A DNA stretch of 50,417 nucleotides from a bacterium (GCA_030655055.1 JAURWH010000110.1:1-50417); one strand, 5' to 3'; shown: positions 33,623-42,039, counted from the first letter of the stretch. The notes: a model not told the origin generated them from the sequence alone. A program made the numbers and translations.

Positions 33623-36600
33623 TCAATCAAAAACAAGTTTGCGGCCGGTGTTTTCTATGAAACCCTTGCCAATGTCTCGGGGTAAGGTGCTTTTCATCTG
33701 CCGGATCACGCTCCTGGCCTTCTCCAGCTCTTTTTCCGCCGGTTCTTTATTTTCCTTGAGGCCCCAAAGTTTGCTCAGATAATAGCTGGTCTGCCATAGA
33801 ATTTCCGGGGATCCGGTTGTCTTGGCAATTTCCGAAGCATCCTTTAAGTAGTCTTCGGTTTCCCGGATGTTGCCTCCGGTCAGGGCTTTTTGGGCAAACA
33901 GCAGATAGATACGGCCCAAAAGGAATTTGTCCTTAAGCTCCTGGGCCAGAACCAGCGATTCGGAAAGCGGCTGGGCCATTTCGACAGATTCGCCCTTCAT
34001 CTTCATAAGGGCGGACAGGTTCAAAAGTCCGTATGCCATTTCCCTTTTATTCTGGGTTTTTTCGGCCAGCCCCAGCAGACGATTAACATGTTCTTCGGCT
34101 CCGGACAGGTCCCCAGTCTCCAGTTTAAATTCCACCAGCCCCCGGGCTGCGGCCAGTATCACCTCAGGGTCCCGTACTTTGCGGGCCTCGTCAAGGGCTT
34201 CGTTGATATTTTTATCAGCCTGTTCCAGTTGACCCAAAGTATGGTAAAGGGATCCCAGATTGGCTTTGACATAGGCCAGCATGCGCGTATCCCCCAGCTT
34301 GCCGGAAATAGTGGCTGCCTGAGTAAACTCCGCCAGGGCCAGGGGGTATTTCCCCTGCAAGGCAAGGTCCAAACCTAAATTCCTTCGGATCTCAACTTCG
34401 GTGTTGCAATCCTTTATTTCCAGGGAAATATTCAGGGCGGCAGTGTGCTGTTCGATCGCTGCCCCGGCATCGCCCCAGATCTGCTGGATGATACCAATGT
34501 TGCAGTAAATGTTCATCAGTTGGTGGATCTCACCAATCTCCCTGGCGGTTTTTAAAGCCTGCTCATAATGGCCATAGGCGGCCGGATAGTTCCCCATAAT
34601 GAACTGGATGTTTCCCAGGTTGAATCCGGCCAAAGACTCAATCCTCCGGTCGCCGATCTTCCTGGCTGTGGCTATCGCCGTAGAAAAACATTCTTCGGCC
34701 GGGGCGTTTTCCCCCATCAACAGCAGGTTTATTGCCAGATTATTGTTGTAAGAGGCTATGCCTTCAAGGTATTTGGTCTTCTCTGACATCTCCAAGGCCT
34801 GCTTGTTGAATTCCACCGCTTTGGGGATATCTCCCATTAATTCGTAAGCCTTTCCCAGGCTGCCGCAGGCCCGGGCGGTTTCCTTTTCTTCCCCCAAAGA
34901 CTGATAGATTGACAAAGCCTTGGTAAAATAATTTATAGCTTCCTCTGTTCTGCCGCTTCGCAGGAAAATATGACCACTGTTGTTCAGGGCCATGGCTTTG
35001 TCCAGCTGATCGTTCTTGCTTTCGGCCTGGTGCAACACATTCTCCAGAGTCTCCCGGGCCCTGTCAACCTGCCCCAGCATGTCGTAGACTATTCCAGCCG
35101 AGAGCAGATACTTCCTTTCGGCCTTGTCGTCCTTCTCCCGCTGGGCTATCTTGGAGGCGGTGATGAAGTTCTTGAGCGCCTGGTCCCGCTGGCCTACTAG
35201 CCGGAATATCGCTCCCTGGGCCCCCAGCAGCTCGGCGGTCTCAGTCAGGTTCTGCCGGCTTTCCTTGAGCAGCTTGATGACCTCCAGCCCCTTGCGGTAG
35301 AACTCCACCGCTTCGGGGTTGGCATACAGGCCCCGGGCCTTGTCGCCGGCCCGGTGCAGGTAGTTCACCGCCTTGTCGCTGTCCTTGCTGTGGTAGTAAT
35401 GGTGGGCCAGATCTTCGTAATGGGAATAGAGGTCCTTCTGGTGCTCCCGTTCCAGGGCCTGGGCGGCCTGGCCGTGAAGCTCCCTGCGCCGGCCCTTAAG
35501 CAGGGTGGAGTATGCGGCCTCGTGGGTGGTGGTGGAGTGGAACTCGTAGGTCCGTTTTCCCTCCAACAGTTTGGAATACAAAAGCCCTTCAAAATGCTCC
35601 AGGTTGTCCAGCACGGGCTGGATCTGTTCCGGGTTCTGACCAGAGAGCTTGCCCAGCAGGCGGCTATCGAATTCCTTTCCGATCACCGCGGCATACTGCA
35701 GGGTGCGGCGGAACTCTTCGGAAAGCTTGTCGATCCTGCCCAGCACCATGGCGGCCACAGTGTTGGGGAGGGATATTTTTTCAAAACGCTTTGAGGCCTG
35801 CAGATTGGGGCCGTCCCTTTTGACCAGCCGGCGGGAGAGCAGGTTGCGGATGGTCTCCTCGATGAACAGGGGGTTGCCCTCGGTCCGCTCCTCGATCTTC
35901 TTCAGCACCTCTTCGCTGACATCCTGGACCTGGGCCAGGCCGGAGACCATCTGCAGGGTCTCCCGGACATCCAGTTTTTTCAGCACCAGGCTCAGGCAGT
36001 TGGGCCGGGCTATGAAGGGCAGGGCAAGTTCCGGGCGGTAGTCGCAGCAGATCAGCACCGGCTGGTTTTCCAGGTCGGTGACCAGATGCTCCAGCAATTC
36101 CAAAGTAATGGTATCGGCCCAATGCAGGTCCTCAAAGGCCAAAACCAGAGGCTGTTTGGAAGAGATTTTAGAATAAAGCCGGGAGAAGGACTCAAAGGTC
36201 TTCCGCTTGCGTTTTTCCGGATCAAGGGCTTCGGTTTCGGGATACGGCAATCCCAGCAGCGAGCCCAGGTAGGGTTCGAACTCCAGCAGGTCCAATGTTT
36301 GGAGGCAGGACTGCAGTTTTTCCGACTTCCTGCCGCCGGCATCGGATTCGGCGATGCCGGTCAAAAGATTCAGCTGGCGCAGGAAGGGCAGATAGGCCAC
36401 CCCGGATGCGTAGGAGTAGCACTTGCCCTTGATGAATTTATAGTTCTCCTCCCTGGTCAAAAGCTCCAGCTCCTTGGCCAGGCGGGATTTTCCCAGTCCC
36501 GGTTCTCCGGTAATGGCCACGATCTGTCCGGCCCCGGCTTTGGTCCGCTGAACCGACTGACGGATCCCGTCCATCTCGGCCTGGCGGCCCACCATCTTGA

Positions 36601-37399
36601 TGGAGCCGGAACGAAGGGCTCCGGCCTTTTCTTCGGCCTCCATCCGCCCCAGGATCAGGTATACGTTCTGGGGCTTTGACTTTCCCTTGACCATCACCGG
36701 CTTAAGTTTTTTCAGCCGGATCTTTCCCTTGACCCTCTTATAAGTGTTTTCGCCGATCACGCATTCCCGGGAGTTGGCCACCTTCTCCAGCCGGGCCGCC
36801 AGGTTGACGGCGTCGCCGATCACGGTGTATTCCATCCTTTCCCGCGATCCCACGTTCAGGGCCACCACCTCGCCGGAATTGAGGCCGATGCTCATAGCCA
36901 GCGCCATCTTGCGCTCGGCGGCGAAACGGTCCATGGCCTCCAGCATCTCAATGGCTGCCAGGCAGGCCCGCAGCGGGTCGTCCTCGTGGACCACCGGCGC
37001 CCCGAACAGTACCATCAAAGCGTCGCCCATGAACTTGTCGATATGGCCCCCGTAGCGGGAGGCGATCTCGACCATGGCGTCAAAATACTGGTTGACCACC
37101 TCCACCACCTGCTCCGGGTCCATGGTCTCGGACATGGAGGTGAACCCGGAAAGATCCCCGAACAGAATGGTCACCGGGCGGCGCTCGCCCTCCACCTGGG
37201 TGCCTTCGGGGTTGAGCAGGATCTTGTCAATTATCCTTTGGGGCAGGTAACGTTCGATGGAGCTGACAATTTTCTCCACCTGGTCCAGCCGCACAAACAC
37301 CGTCTGTTCCTGCTGCTCCGGGGCAACAGACTGTTCCTTGCGGGTGATCTGATCCAGCCGCTGCAGTATCTTTCCGACCAGTTCGCTTCGTTCCATCAT
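33623..37399 (-). CDS. Class III adenylate/guanylate cyclase fused to a STAND-type (AAA_16) NTPase and a long TPR array
   Basis: 1258 aa; cyclase motifs ILFGDLSGFTSMSE, KFMGDALMVLFGAP and GDAVNLAARLE; P-loop ITGEPGLGKSRLAKEL; Walker B-like LVLAFEDLHWAD; more than 10 TPR-like units in the C-terminal half. Confidence 0.88.
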   Translation of the reverse strand: MMERSELVGKILQRLDQITRKEQSVAPEQQEQTVFVRLDQVEKIVSSIERYLPQRIIDKILLNPEGTQVEGERRPVTILFGDLSGFTSMSETMDPEQVVEVVNQYFDAMVEIASRYGGHIDKFMGDALMVLFGAPVVHEDDPLRACLAAIEMLEAMDRFAAERKMALAMSIGLNSGEVVALNVGSRERMEYTVIGDAVNLAARLEKVANSRECVIGENTYKRVKGKIRLKKLKPVMVKGKSKPQNVYLILGRMEAEEKAGALRSGSIKMVGRQAEMDGIRQSVQRTKAGAGQIVAITGEPGLGKSRLAKELELLTREENYKFIKGKCYSYASGVAYLPFLRQLNLLTGIAESDAGGRKSEKLQSCLQTLDLLEFEPYLGSLLGLPYPETEALDPEKRKRKTFESFSRLYSKISSKQPLVLAFEDLHWADTITLELLEHLVTDLENQPVLICCDYRPELALPFIARPNCLSLVLKKLDVRETLQMVSGLAQVQDVSEEVLKKIEERTEGNPLFIEETIRNLLSRRLVKRDGPNLQASKRFEKISLPNTVAAMVLGRIDKLSEEFRRTLQYAAVIGKEFDSRLLGKLSGQNPEQIQPVLDNLEHFEGLLYSKLLEGKRTYEFHSTTTHEAAYSTLLKGRRRELHGQAAQALEREHQKDLYSHYEDLAHHYYHSKDSDKAVNYLHRAGDKARGLYANPEAVEFYRKGLEVIKLLKESRQNLTETAELLGAQGAIFRLVGQRDQALKNFITASKIAQREKDDKAERKYLLSAGIVYDMLGQVDRARETLENVLHQAESKNDQLDKAMALNNSGHIFLRSGRTEEAINYFTKALSIYQSLGEEKETARACGSLGKAYELMGDIPKAVEFNKQALEMSEKTKYLEGIASYNNNLAINLLLMGENAPAEECFSTAIATARKIGDRRIESLAGFNLGNIQFIMGNYPAAYGHYEQALKTAREIGEIHQLMNIYCNIGIIQQIWGDAGAAIEQHTAALNISLEIKDCNTEVEIRRNLGLDLALQGKYPLALAEFTQAATISGKLGDTRMLAYVKANLGSLYHTLGQLEQADKNINEALDEARKVRDPEVILAAARGLVEFKLETGDLSGAEEHVNRLLGLAEKTQNKREMAYGLLNLSALMKMKGESVEMAQPLSESLVLAQELKDKFLLGRIYLLFAQKALTGGNIRETEDYLKDASEIAKTTGSPEILWQTSYYLSKLWGLKENKEPAEKELEKARSVIRQMKSTLPRDIGKGFIENTGRKLVFD

Positions 37400-37411
37400 A
37401 AAAAGCTCCCG

Positions 37412-37747
37412 TTACAGGGTGGTTGTTCTTTTGCCGCTGCGGCGCTCTTCCTGTTCGATGGCCAGCATCAGCTTTTTCATCTGATATTCCTGGCTGGCAA
37501 AGTGGCTCTCCAGTTTCTGCCCCCAGGCGTGAACCCGGTCGGTCAGTTCCACCGCCTGCTCATCGCTGATCAGGCCGTCGTGCCGGGCGTCCAGGATCTT
37601 GTTCATCAGCTTGGGGCCGAAATCCAGGTCGCTCTGCCGCTTCAGCCGCTCCAGCACCTTGACCATTCCCAGGTAGTGCCGGTAGCTTGAACTGCCGGAT
37701 CTAGCCGGGGCCTCCGGGATGACCCCAGGGTTAAGTTTCTTGTTCAT
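37412..37747 (-). CDS. Hypothetical small helical protein, co-oriented 12 nt upstream of the cyclase gene
   Basis: 111-aa ORF with no recognisable motif; coding status supported only by position and length. Confidence 0.45.
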   Translation of the reverse strand: MNKKLNPGVIPEAPARSGSSSYRHYLGMVKVLERLKRQSDLDFGPKLMNKILDARHDGLISDEQAVELTDRVHAWGQKLESHFASQEYQMKKLMLAIEQEERRSGKRTTTL

Positions 37748-37839
37748 GGCCTTAAAATAAATGTTTTCAGGGGGCCTTATCGGCTTGACAGGGAGAGAGA
37801 CTTTTGATATGCTATGATGTCCGGGTGATCAACCGACCA

Positions 37840-38295
37840 CTAGGCCGGCTTCAAGCTTTTGAATTTTTCGTCGGTGGAGCGCAGCCGGCCCAGGGCCACT
37901 TTCAGCAGGGCCACCAGGATCTTGGAGGTGATGCCGGGATCGGTCAGCAGCATCTGGTCGAAGACCTTTTTGGTGATCACCACCAGTTCGGCATCCTCGG
38001 TTATCCGGGCGGTGGCCGAGCGGGGCTGGGCGTCCACCAGGGACATCTCCCCGAAAAAACTGCCGGGGTTCAGGGACGCCAAAAGCATGTCGTCCTTGCC
38101 GGGGACCGACTTGTATATGCCCACCTGGCCGGAATGGATCAGATACATCACCTCGCCCGGCGTGCCCTCAAAGAAAAGGGTCCGGCCCTGGCGGTAGCTG
38201 CGCAGGAAGATCAGCTTGGCTATCCGCTCCAGCTCCTCCGGGGTCAGCGAGGAGAAAAGATGGTTGTTGGTCAGGGCTTCGATGATCTGGGACAT
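37840..38295 (-). CDS. Stand-alone cyclic nucleotide-binding domain protein (CNB1)
   Basis: 151 aa; FFGEMSLVDAQPRSATA phosphate-binding-cassette motif; no output domain. Confidence 0.85.
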   Translation of the reverse strand: MSQIIEALTNNHLFSSLTPEELERIAKLIFLRSYRQGRTLFFEGTPGEVMYLIHSGQVGIYKSVPGKDDMLLASLNPGSFFGEMSLVDAQPRSATARITEDAELVVITKKVFDQMLLTDPGITSKILVALLKVALGRLRSTDEKFKSLKPA

Positions 38296-38366
38296 ATGAG
38301 CAGACTCCTTGGTTTTAATATTCTGAAGTTCTTAAAAATCCATCACTTCATCAAACAGGAGGGGAA

Positions 38367-38825
38367 ATGAGCTCCATCACCAACCTCAGGGATTTTTTGC
38401 TGTTCCAGGAACTGGCCGAAGACGAGATGATGCGCCTGACCCAGCTTTTTTCCACCGAGGCCGAGGACTTCCTGCCCGGCGCCATCATCTGCCAGAAGGA
38501 CGCCCCCGGCGACAGCATGTACCTGATCAAGAGCGGCAAGGTCCAGATCAGCCTGCCCACCGACCAGGGAGACGTGGTGCTGGCCGAGCTGGGGCCGGGA
38601 AAGTTCTTCGGCGAAATGTCATTATTGGACAAGGCCCCCCGTTCGGCCAATGTCAATGCGGTGGAGAACACCGAACTGTACATCCTGACCCGCAAGCACA
38701 TTGCTTTTCTGATGGACAAGGAGGCCAAGATAGCGGCCAAGATGATGCTGGCCATGTCCCGGATCCTTTCGGCCCGGATCAGGGTGATGGATGACCGGAT
38801 CCAGGATTCGTTTGCCACGGAATAG
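38367..38825 (+). CDS. Stand-alone cyclic nucleotide-binding domain protein (CNB2)
   Basis: 152 aa; FFGEMSLLDKAPRSANV motif; AGGAGG RBS; divergent from CNB1 across 71 bp. Confidence 0.85.
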   Translation: MSSITNLRDFLLFQELAEDEMMRLTQLFSTEAEDFLPGAIICQKDAPGDSMYLIKSGKVQISLPTDQGDVVLAELGPGKFFGEMSLLDKAPRSANVNAVENTELYILTRKHIAFLMDKEAKIAAKMMLAMSRILSARIRVMDDRIQDSFATE

Positions 38826-39528
38826 CGCCGTTCAATGGCCAGAACAGGTCCCGGTCCGTCAGTTCCAGCTTCCCGGCCAGTTCCAGCGAATAGTCCAGCC
38901 GGCACATTTTGTCCGCGCCGTGCCCGTCCGAACCCAGGGAAAACTTCAATCCGGCCTCTTTGGCCATCGTTGCCAGCTTAAGGTCCGGCACCAGCCACCG
39001 GGAGCTGAGCTCGATGGCCAAATTGCATTTCAGGGCCAGTTCCACCAATTTCGTCCGCCATCCGTCAGTTATGGCGTCCTTCTGTTCCCGGAAATTGCAG
39101 GGCAAAAGGCCGGGATGGGCCAGAATGTCAAAAGAATATCTTTGGGCCTGGCGGGCGATTATTTCCAGCATCTCATCCAGCAGCCGGGCCAGGTCAATTT
39201 CGGTGATCTGGGGATCGAAAAAATCCATCGGTCCGGCCGAATGAACCCCGCCGACAAGATAATGGCAGAGCTTCAACTCCTCCGGAGAAACAGGGATCTC
39301 ACGCCCCAGGTCCAGTTCCACGGCCCGGTAGACCGGAAGGTCCTGAATGGCAGAAAGGTATCTTTCAAACCGGTCTTGGCTGTCCAGTTGGAAGTTTCCC
39401 GGTCCGCAGTGGTCGGCCAGGCCCACCCGGTACCCCTTGTCCGAAGCGATTTGCAAAACTTCCCGGGGGGAAAGCCGGCCGTCTGAAAAAACGGTATGGG
39501 TATGTAAGTCGGCGATGGTTTTAATCAT
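38779..39528 (-). CDS. PHP-domain metal-dependent phosphoesterase
   Basis: Start at MIKTIADLHTHTVFSDGRLSP (the track ORF extends to 39567); C-terminal LGSDGHG His cluster; 3' end overlaps CNB2 by 47 nt. Confidence 0.8.
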   Translation of the reverse strand: MIKTIADLHTHTVFSDGRLSPREVLQIASDKGYRVGLADHCGPGNFQLDSQDRFERYLSAIQDLPVYRAVELDLGREIPVSPEELKLCHYLVGGVHSAGPMDFFDPQITEIDLARLLDEMLEIIARQAQRYSFDILAHPGLLPCNFREQKDAITDGWRTKLVELALKCNLAIELSSRWLVPDLKLATMAKEAGLKFSLGSDGHGADKMCRLDYSLELAGKLELTDRDLFWPLNGAIPWQTNPGSGHPSP

Positions 39529-39627
39529 ACAACATTTAATGATAAGTCTAAATTGGGTCAAAGTCAAACAAAATATGCGTAAATTTTGCTTGTTTTTTCC
39601 GGCAGTTTGGGTTATCCTAATAGTGCA

Positions 39628-40698
39628 ATGAATTTTTCAGATATCATAAAGATCGCTTTCCTTTGGCCGGTCTCCCTGCTTTACGGGTTGATAATGGAGG
39701 TGAGGGCGGGCGCTTATAAGACAGGTTTGTTCAGGAGCCATAAGGCTGCGGTCCCGGTCATCTCCATCGGCAACATCGTTGCCGGCGGCACCGGCAAGAC
39801 GCCGATGGCCATTTACGTGGCGCAGATCCTGATGGGCCAGGGCCTTCGAACGGCGGTGCTGTCGCGGGGATACAGAAGAAAATCAAAAACAAAAGATCAA
39901 ATATCAAAATCGCTGGTTGTTAGCGATGGGCTTAATGTACTGTGTCCCGTAGCTGAGGCCGGAGATGAGCCTTACCTGATTGCATCCCGTCTGCTGGGAA
40001 CGAAGGAGCGGCCGGGCGCAATGATCATCGTCGGCCGGGACCGGGTGGCCGGTGCGGAGAAGGCAGTGGAGCTGGGGGCGCAGGTCATAGTGCTGGATGA
40101 TGGGTTCCAACACCTGCGGCTGCAACGCGACCTGGACATCGTGCTGCTGGACGGACAGAGGCCGTATGACAACGGCTGGCTGCTGCCGGTTGGGATGCTG
40201 CGGGAGCCGGTCAGAGCGCTGCGCCGGGCTGATGCCATTGTGCTGACCAGGTGCAACAACCTGAATTCAGAATTCAGAATTCTGAATTCTGAAGCCGCAA
40301 GGTTTAAGACCCGGCATAAGACCGGACAGCCTTATAAATTTGGAGACAGGTCTGCTCCCGGCCTGGAAGCACTGAAGAGCTCCAGGATAATTTTATTCTC
40401 CGGCATTGCCCGGCCGGAATCCTTTGAGCAGAGCGTCAGGCAGGCCGGGCTTTCATTTGCCTCCCACATTAAATATCCCGACCATCATCATTATACCCGG
40501 GACAACTTAACGCACATCGCCGGAAAGGCCCAGGGTTGCGATTTTCTGCTGACCACCGATAAGGACGCGGTAAAGCTTCCGCCCGGCATCGATCTTGGAA
40601 AGCCGTTGCTGGTATTGCCGGTGGAGATAGAGTTCATGGATGAAGAACAGAAACAAAGATTCAACCGATCAGTAATGGATGGGGTTAAACTAAAATGA
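39628..40698 (+). CDS. lpxK: Tetraacyldisaccharide 4'-kinase
   Basis: Start at MNFSDIIKIAFLWPVSLLYG; P-loop ISIGNIVAGGTGKTPMA; VLSRGY and LDDGFQH motifs. Confidence 0.9.
   Translation: MNFSDIIKIAFLWPVSLLYGLIMEVRAGAYKTGLFRSHKAAVPVISIGNIVAGGTGKTPMAIYVAQILMGQGLRTAVLSRGYRRKSKTKDQISKSLVVSDGLNVLCPVAEAGDEPYLIASRLLGTKERPGAMIIVGRDRVAGAEKAVELGAQVIVLDDGFQHLRLQRDLDIVLLDGQRPYDNGWLLPVGMLREPVRALRRADAIVLTRCNNLNSEFRILNSEAARFKTRHKTGQPYKFGDRSAPGLEALKSSRIILFSGIARPESFEQSVRQAGLSFASHIKYPDHHHYTRDNLTHIAGKAQGCDFLLTTDKDAVKLPPGIDLGKPLLVLPVEIEFMDEEQKQRFNRSVMDGVKLK
40266..40293. repeat. 28-bp perfect palindrome made of heptad-spaced GAATTC units, inside lpxK
   Basis: TTCAGAATTCAGAATTCTGAATTCTGAA is its own reverse complement; GAATTC occurs at 40263, 40270, 40277 and 40284; it is in frame and encodes LNSEFRILNSE. 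Confidence 0.9.
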
Positions 40699-41630
40699 CG
40701 CTGGCCGAGTACCAAAAACTCCCGAACGAAAAGCTTTACGGCATCATAGCCGACCTGAAGCGGCAAAAGGATGCGGTCTTTCTGGTTCATAATTACCAGA
40801 CCCTGGAGGTGCAGAAGATCGCCGATTTCCTCGGAGATTCCCTGGCCCTGGCCCAGGCCGCGGTACTGGTCCAGGCCAGGATCATTGTCTTTTGCGGGGT
40901 GCACTTCATGGCCGAAAGCGCCAAGATACTGAACCCGTTAAAAAAGGTCATCATGCCCGACCGGGGCGCCGGCTGCCCCATGGCCGACATGATCACGGCC
41001 GATTCCCTGATCGCCGCCAAAAAACAATACGGTGATCCGCTGGTGGTGGCCTATGTCAACAGCTCGGCGGCGGTGAAGGCCCAGAGCCACATCTGCTGCA
41101 CCTCCTCCAATGCGGTGAAAGTGGTGAACTCCCTTCCCCGTGACCGGCAGATACTGTTCGTGCCGGACAGGAATCTTGGTTCCTATGCCGCCCGAATGGC
41201 GGGCCGGGAACTGATCCTGTGGCCGGGGTTCTGCCATGTCCACAACCGTTTCACGGTCGAGGACGTTAAGGCCGCCCGGGAGGATCATCCCGGCGCCCGG
41301 CTGATCGTGCACCCCGAATGCCGGCCGGAGGTGACGGAACTGGCCGACGAAGCGGCCTCCACTTCTGGGATGGTCAAGGCGGTCGGCGAACAAAGCGGGA
41401 CCGGTGAGTGGATAATCGGGACCGAGATGGGCCTGGTGGACCAGTTAAGTCAAAGCCACCCCGGCAAAGGGATATATCCGCTGGCCCGCCATGCTGTCTG
41501 CCGGAACATGAAAATGACCACGCTAGCCAAGGTGGCTTGGGCTTTGGAGAATGAGGAAAATGAGATCATCCTGCCGGAGGAAACGGCAGGGAAGGCCAAA
41601 GAGGCCTTGGACCGGATGCTGGCGGTTTAA
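40695..41630 (+). CDS. nadA: Quinolinate synthase
   Basis: 311 aa; VHNYQ, CGVHFMAESAKIL, GAGCPMADM and HPEC motifs; ATGA overlap with lpxK. Confidence 0.93.
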   Translation: MTLAEYQKLPNEKLYGIIADLKRQKDAVFLVHNYQTLEVQKIADFLGDSLALAQAAVLVQARIIVFCGVHFMAESAKILNPLKKVIMPDRGAGCPMADMITADSLIAAKKQYGDPLVVAYVNSSAAVKAQSHICCTSSNAVKVVNSLPRDRQILFVPDRNLGSYAARMAGRELILWPGFCHVHNRFTVEDVKAAREDHPGARLIVHPECRPEVTELADEAASTSGMVKAVGEQSGTGEWIIGTEMGLVDQLSQSHPGKGIYPLARHAVCRNMKMTTLAKVAWALENEENEIILPEETAGKAKEALDRMLAV

Positions 41631-41661
41631 AGTCCAAATGCTCATATCCTGCATTTACATC

Positions 41662-41690
41662 TTGACTTAAGCCTGTTTTTTTGGTAAACT
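41662..41690 (+). promoter_or_regulatory. Candidate sigma-70-type promoter of tRNA-Ala
   Basis: TTGACT 41662-41667, 17-nt spacer, TAAACT 41685-41690; the tRNA starts 23 nt downstream. Confidence 0.5.
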
Positions 41691-41712
41691 TATATTCTGT
41701 TTAATTTTATCT

Positions 41713-41790
41713 GGGCCTGTAGCGCAGTTTTGGTAGCGCGCCTGACTGGCAGTCAGGAGGTCAGGGGTTCGATTCCCCTCAGGTCCACCA
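41713..41790 (+). tRNA. tRNA-Ala (anticodon GGC), CCA encoded
   Basis: Cloverleaf folded by hand: acceptor GGGCCTG/CAGGTCC with the G3:U70 Ala identity pair, D stem GCGC/GCGC, anticodon stem CCTGA/TCAGG with loop CTGGCAG, T arm AGGGG-TTCGATT-CCCCT, then ACCA. Confidence 0.93.
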
Positions 41791-41882
41791 GTTTTATTAG
41801 AACTCCGGGCAGCGAAGCTGCAGGGTTCTCCGCCGGCAGCCGGGTATAGCAGCAATGCGGCGGCGGATGCGCCGGAGGCGCA

Positions 41883-41907
41883 GATTCCCCTCAGGTCCAC
41901 CAGTTTT
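41883..41907 (+). repeat. 25-bp perfect direct repeat of the tRNA-Ala 3' end (att-like)
   Basis: GATTCCCCTCAGGTCCACCAGTTTT at 41771-41795 (T-loop to 5 nt past CCA) recurs exactly at 41883-41907. Confidence 0.9.
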
Positions 41908-41991
41908 TCCCGGTCCCATAACCACGCTTGTCGGTTTTACAAAAACCGGTCAACAATTCAATTCAACAAGCGTAAGATATTTAAACATCCA

Positions 41992-42025
41992 GGGCACAAG
42001 TATCAACGCTTGTGCTCATCTTTTT
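41992..42025 (+). terminator. Candidate rho-independent terminator
   Basis: GCACAAG / CTTGTGC stem (41994-42000 / 42009-42015), followed by TCATCTTTTT. Confidence 0.4.
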
Positions 42026-42039
42026 ATCCGGAGGCGCCA

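Noticed and set aside
38779-39528. PHP-domain protein as the missing CpsB-type phosphatase for the Wzc kinases
   Set aside because: It is about 14 kb from the kinase genes, in an unrelated lpxK/nadA context. Its N-terminus (ADLHTHTVFSDG) resembles generic PHP phosphoesterases rather than what I recall of CpsB.
41667-41900. 77-aa minus-strand ORF
   Set aside because: It overlaps the hand-folded tRNA-Ala and its duplicated 3' end, and it has no RBS or recognisable motif.
41813-41907. Possible second (pseudo-)tRNA ending in the duplicated ...CCCCTCAGGTCCACCA
   Set aside because: Upstream of the repeat there is no complementary acceptor 5' arm (GGGCCTG), no D arm and no anticodon arm. Only a poor T-stem (GGAGG/CCCCT) can be drawn. 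It is treated as an att-like repeat instead.
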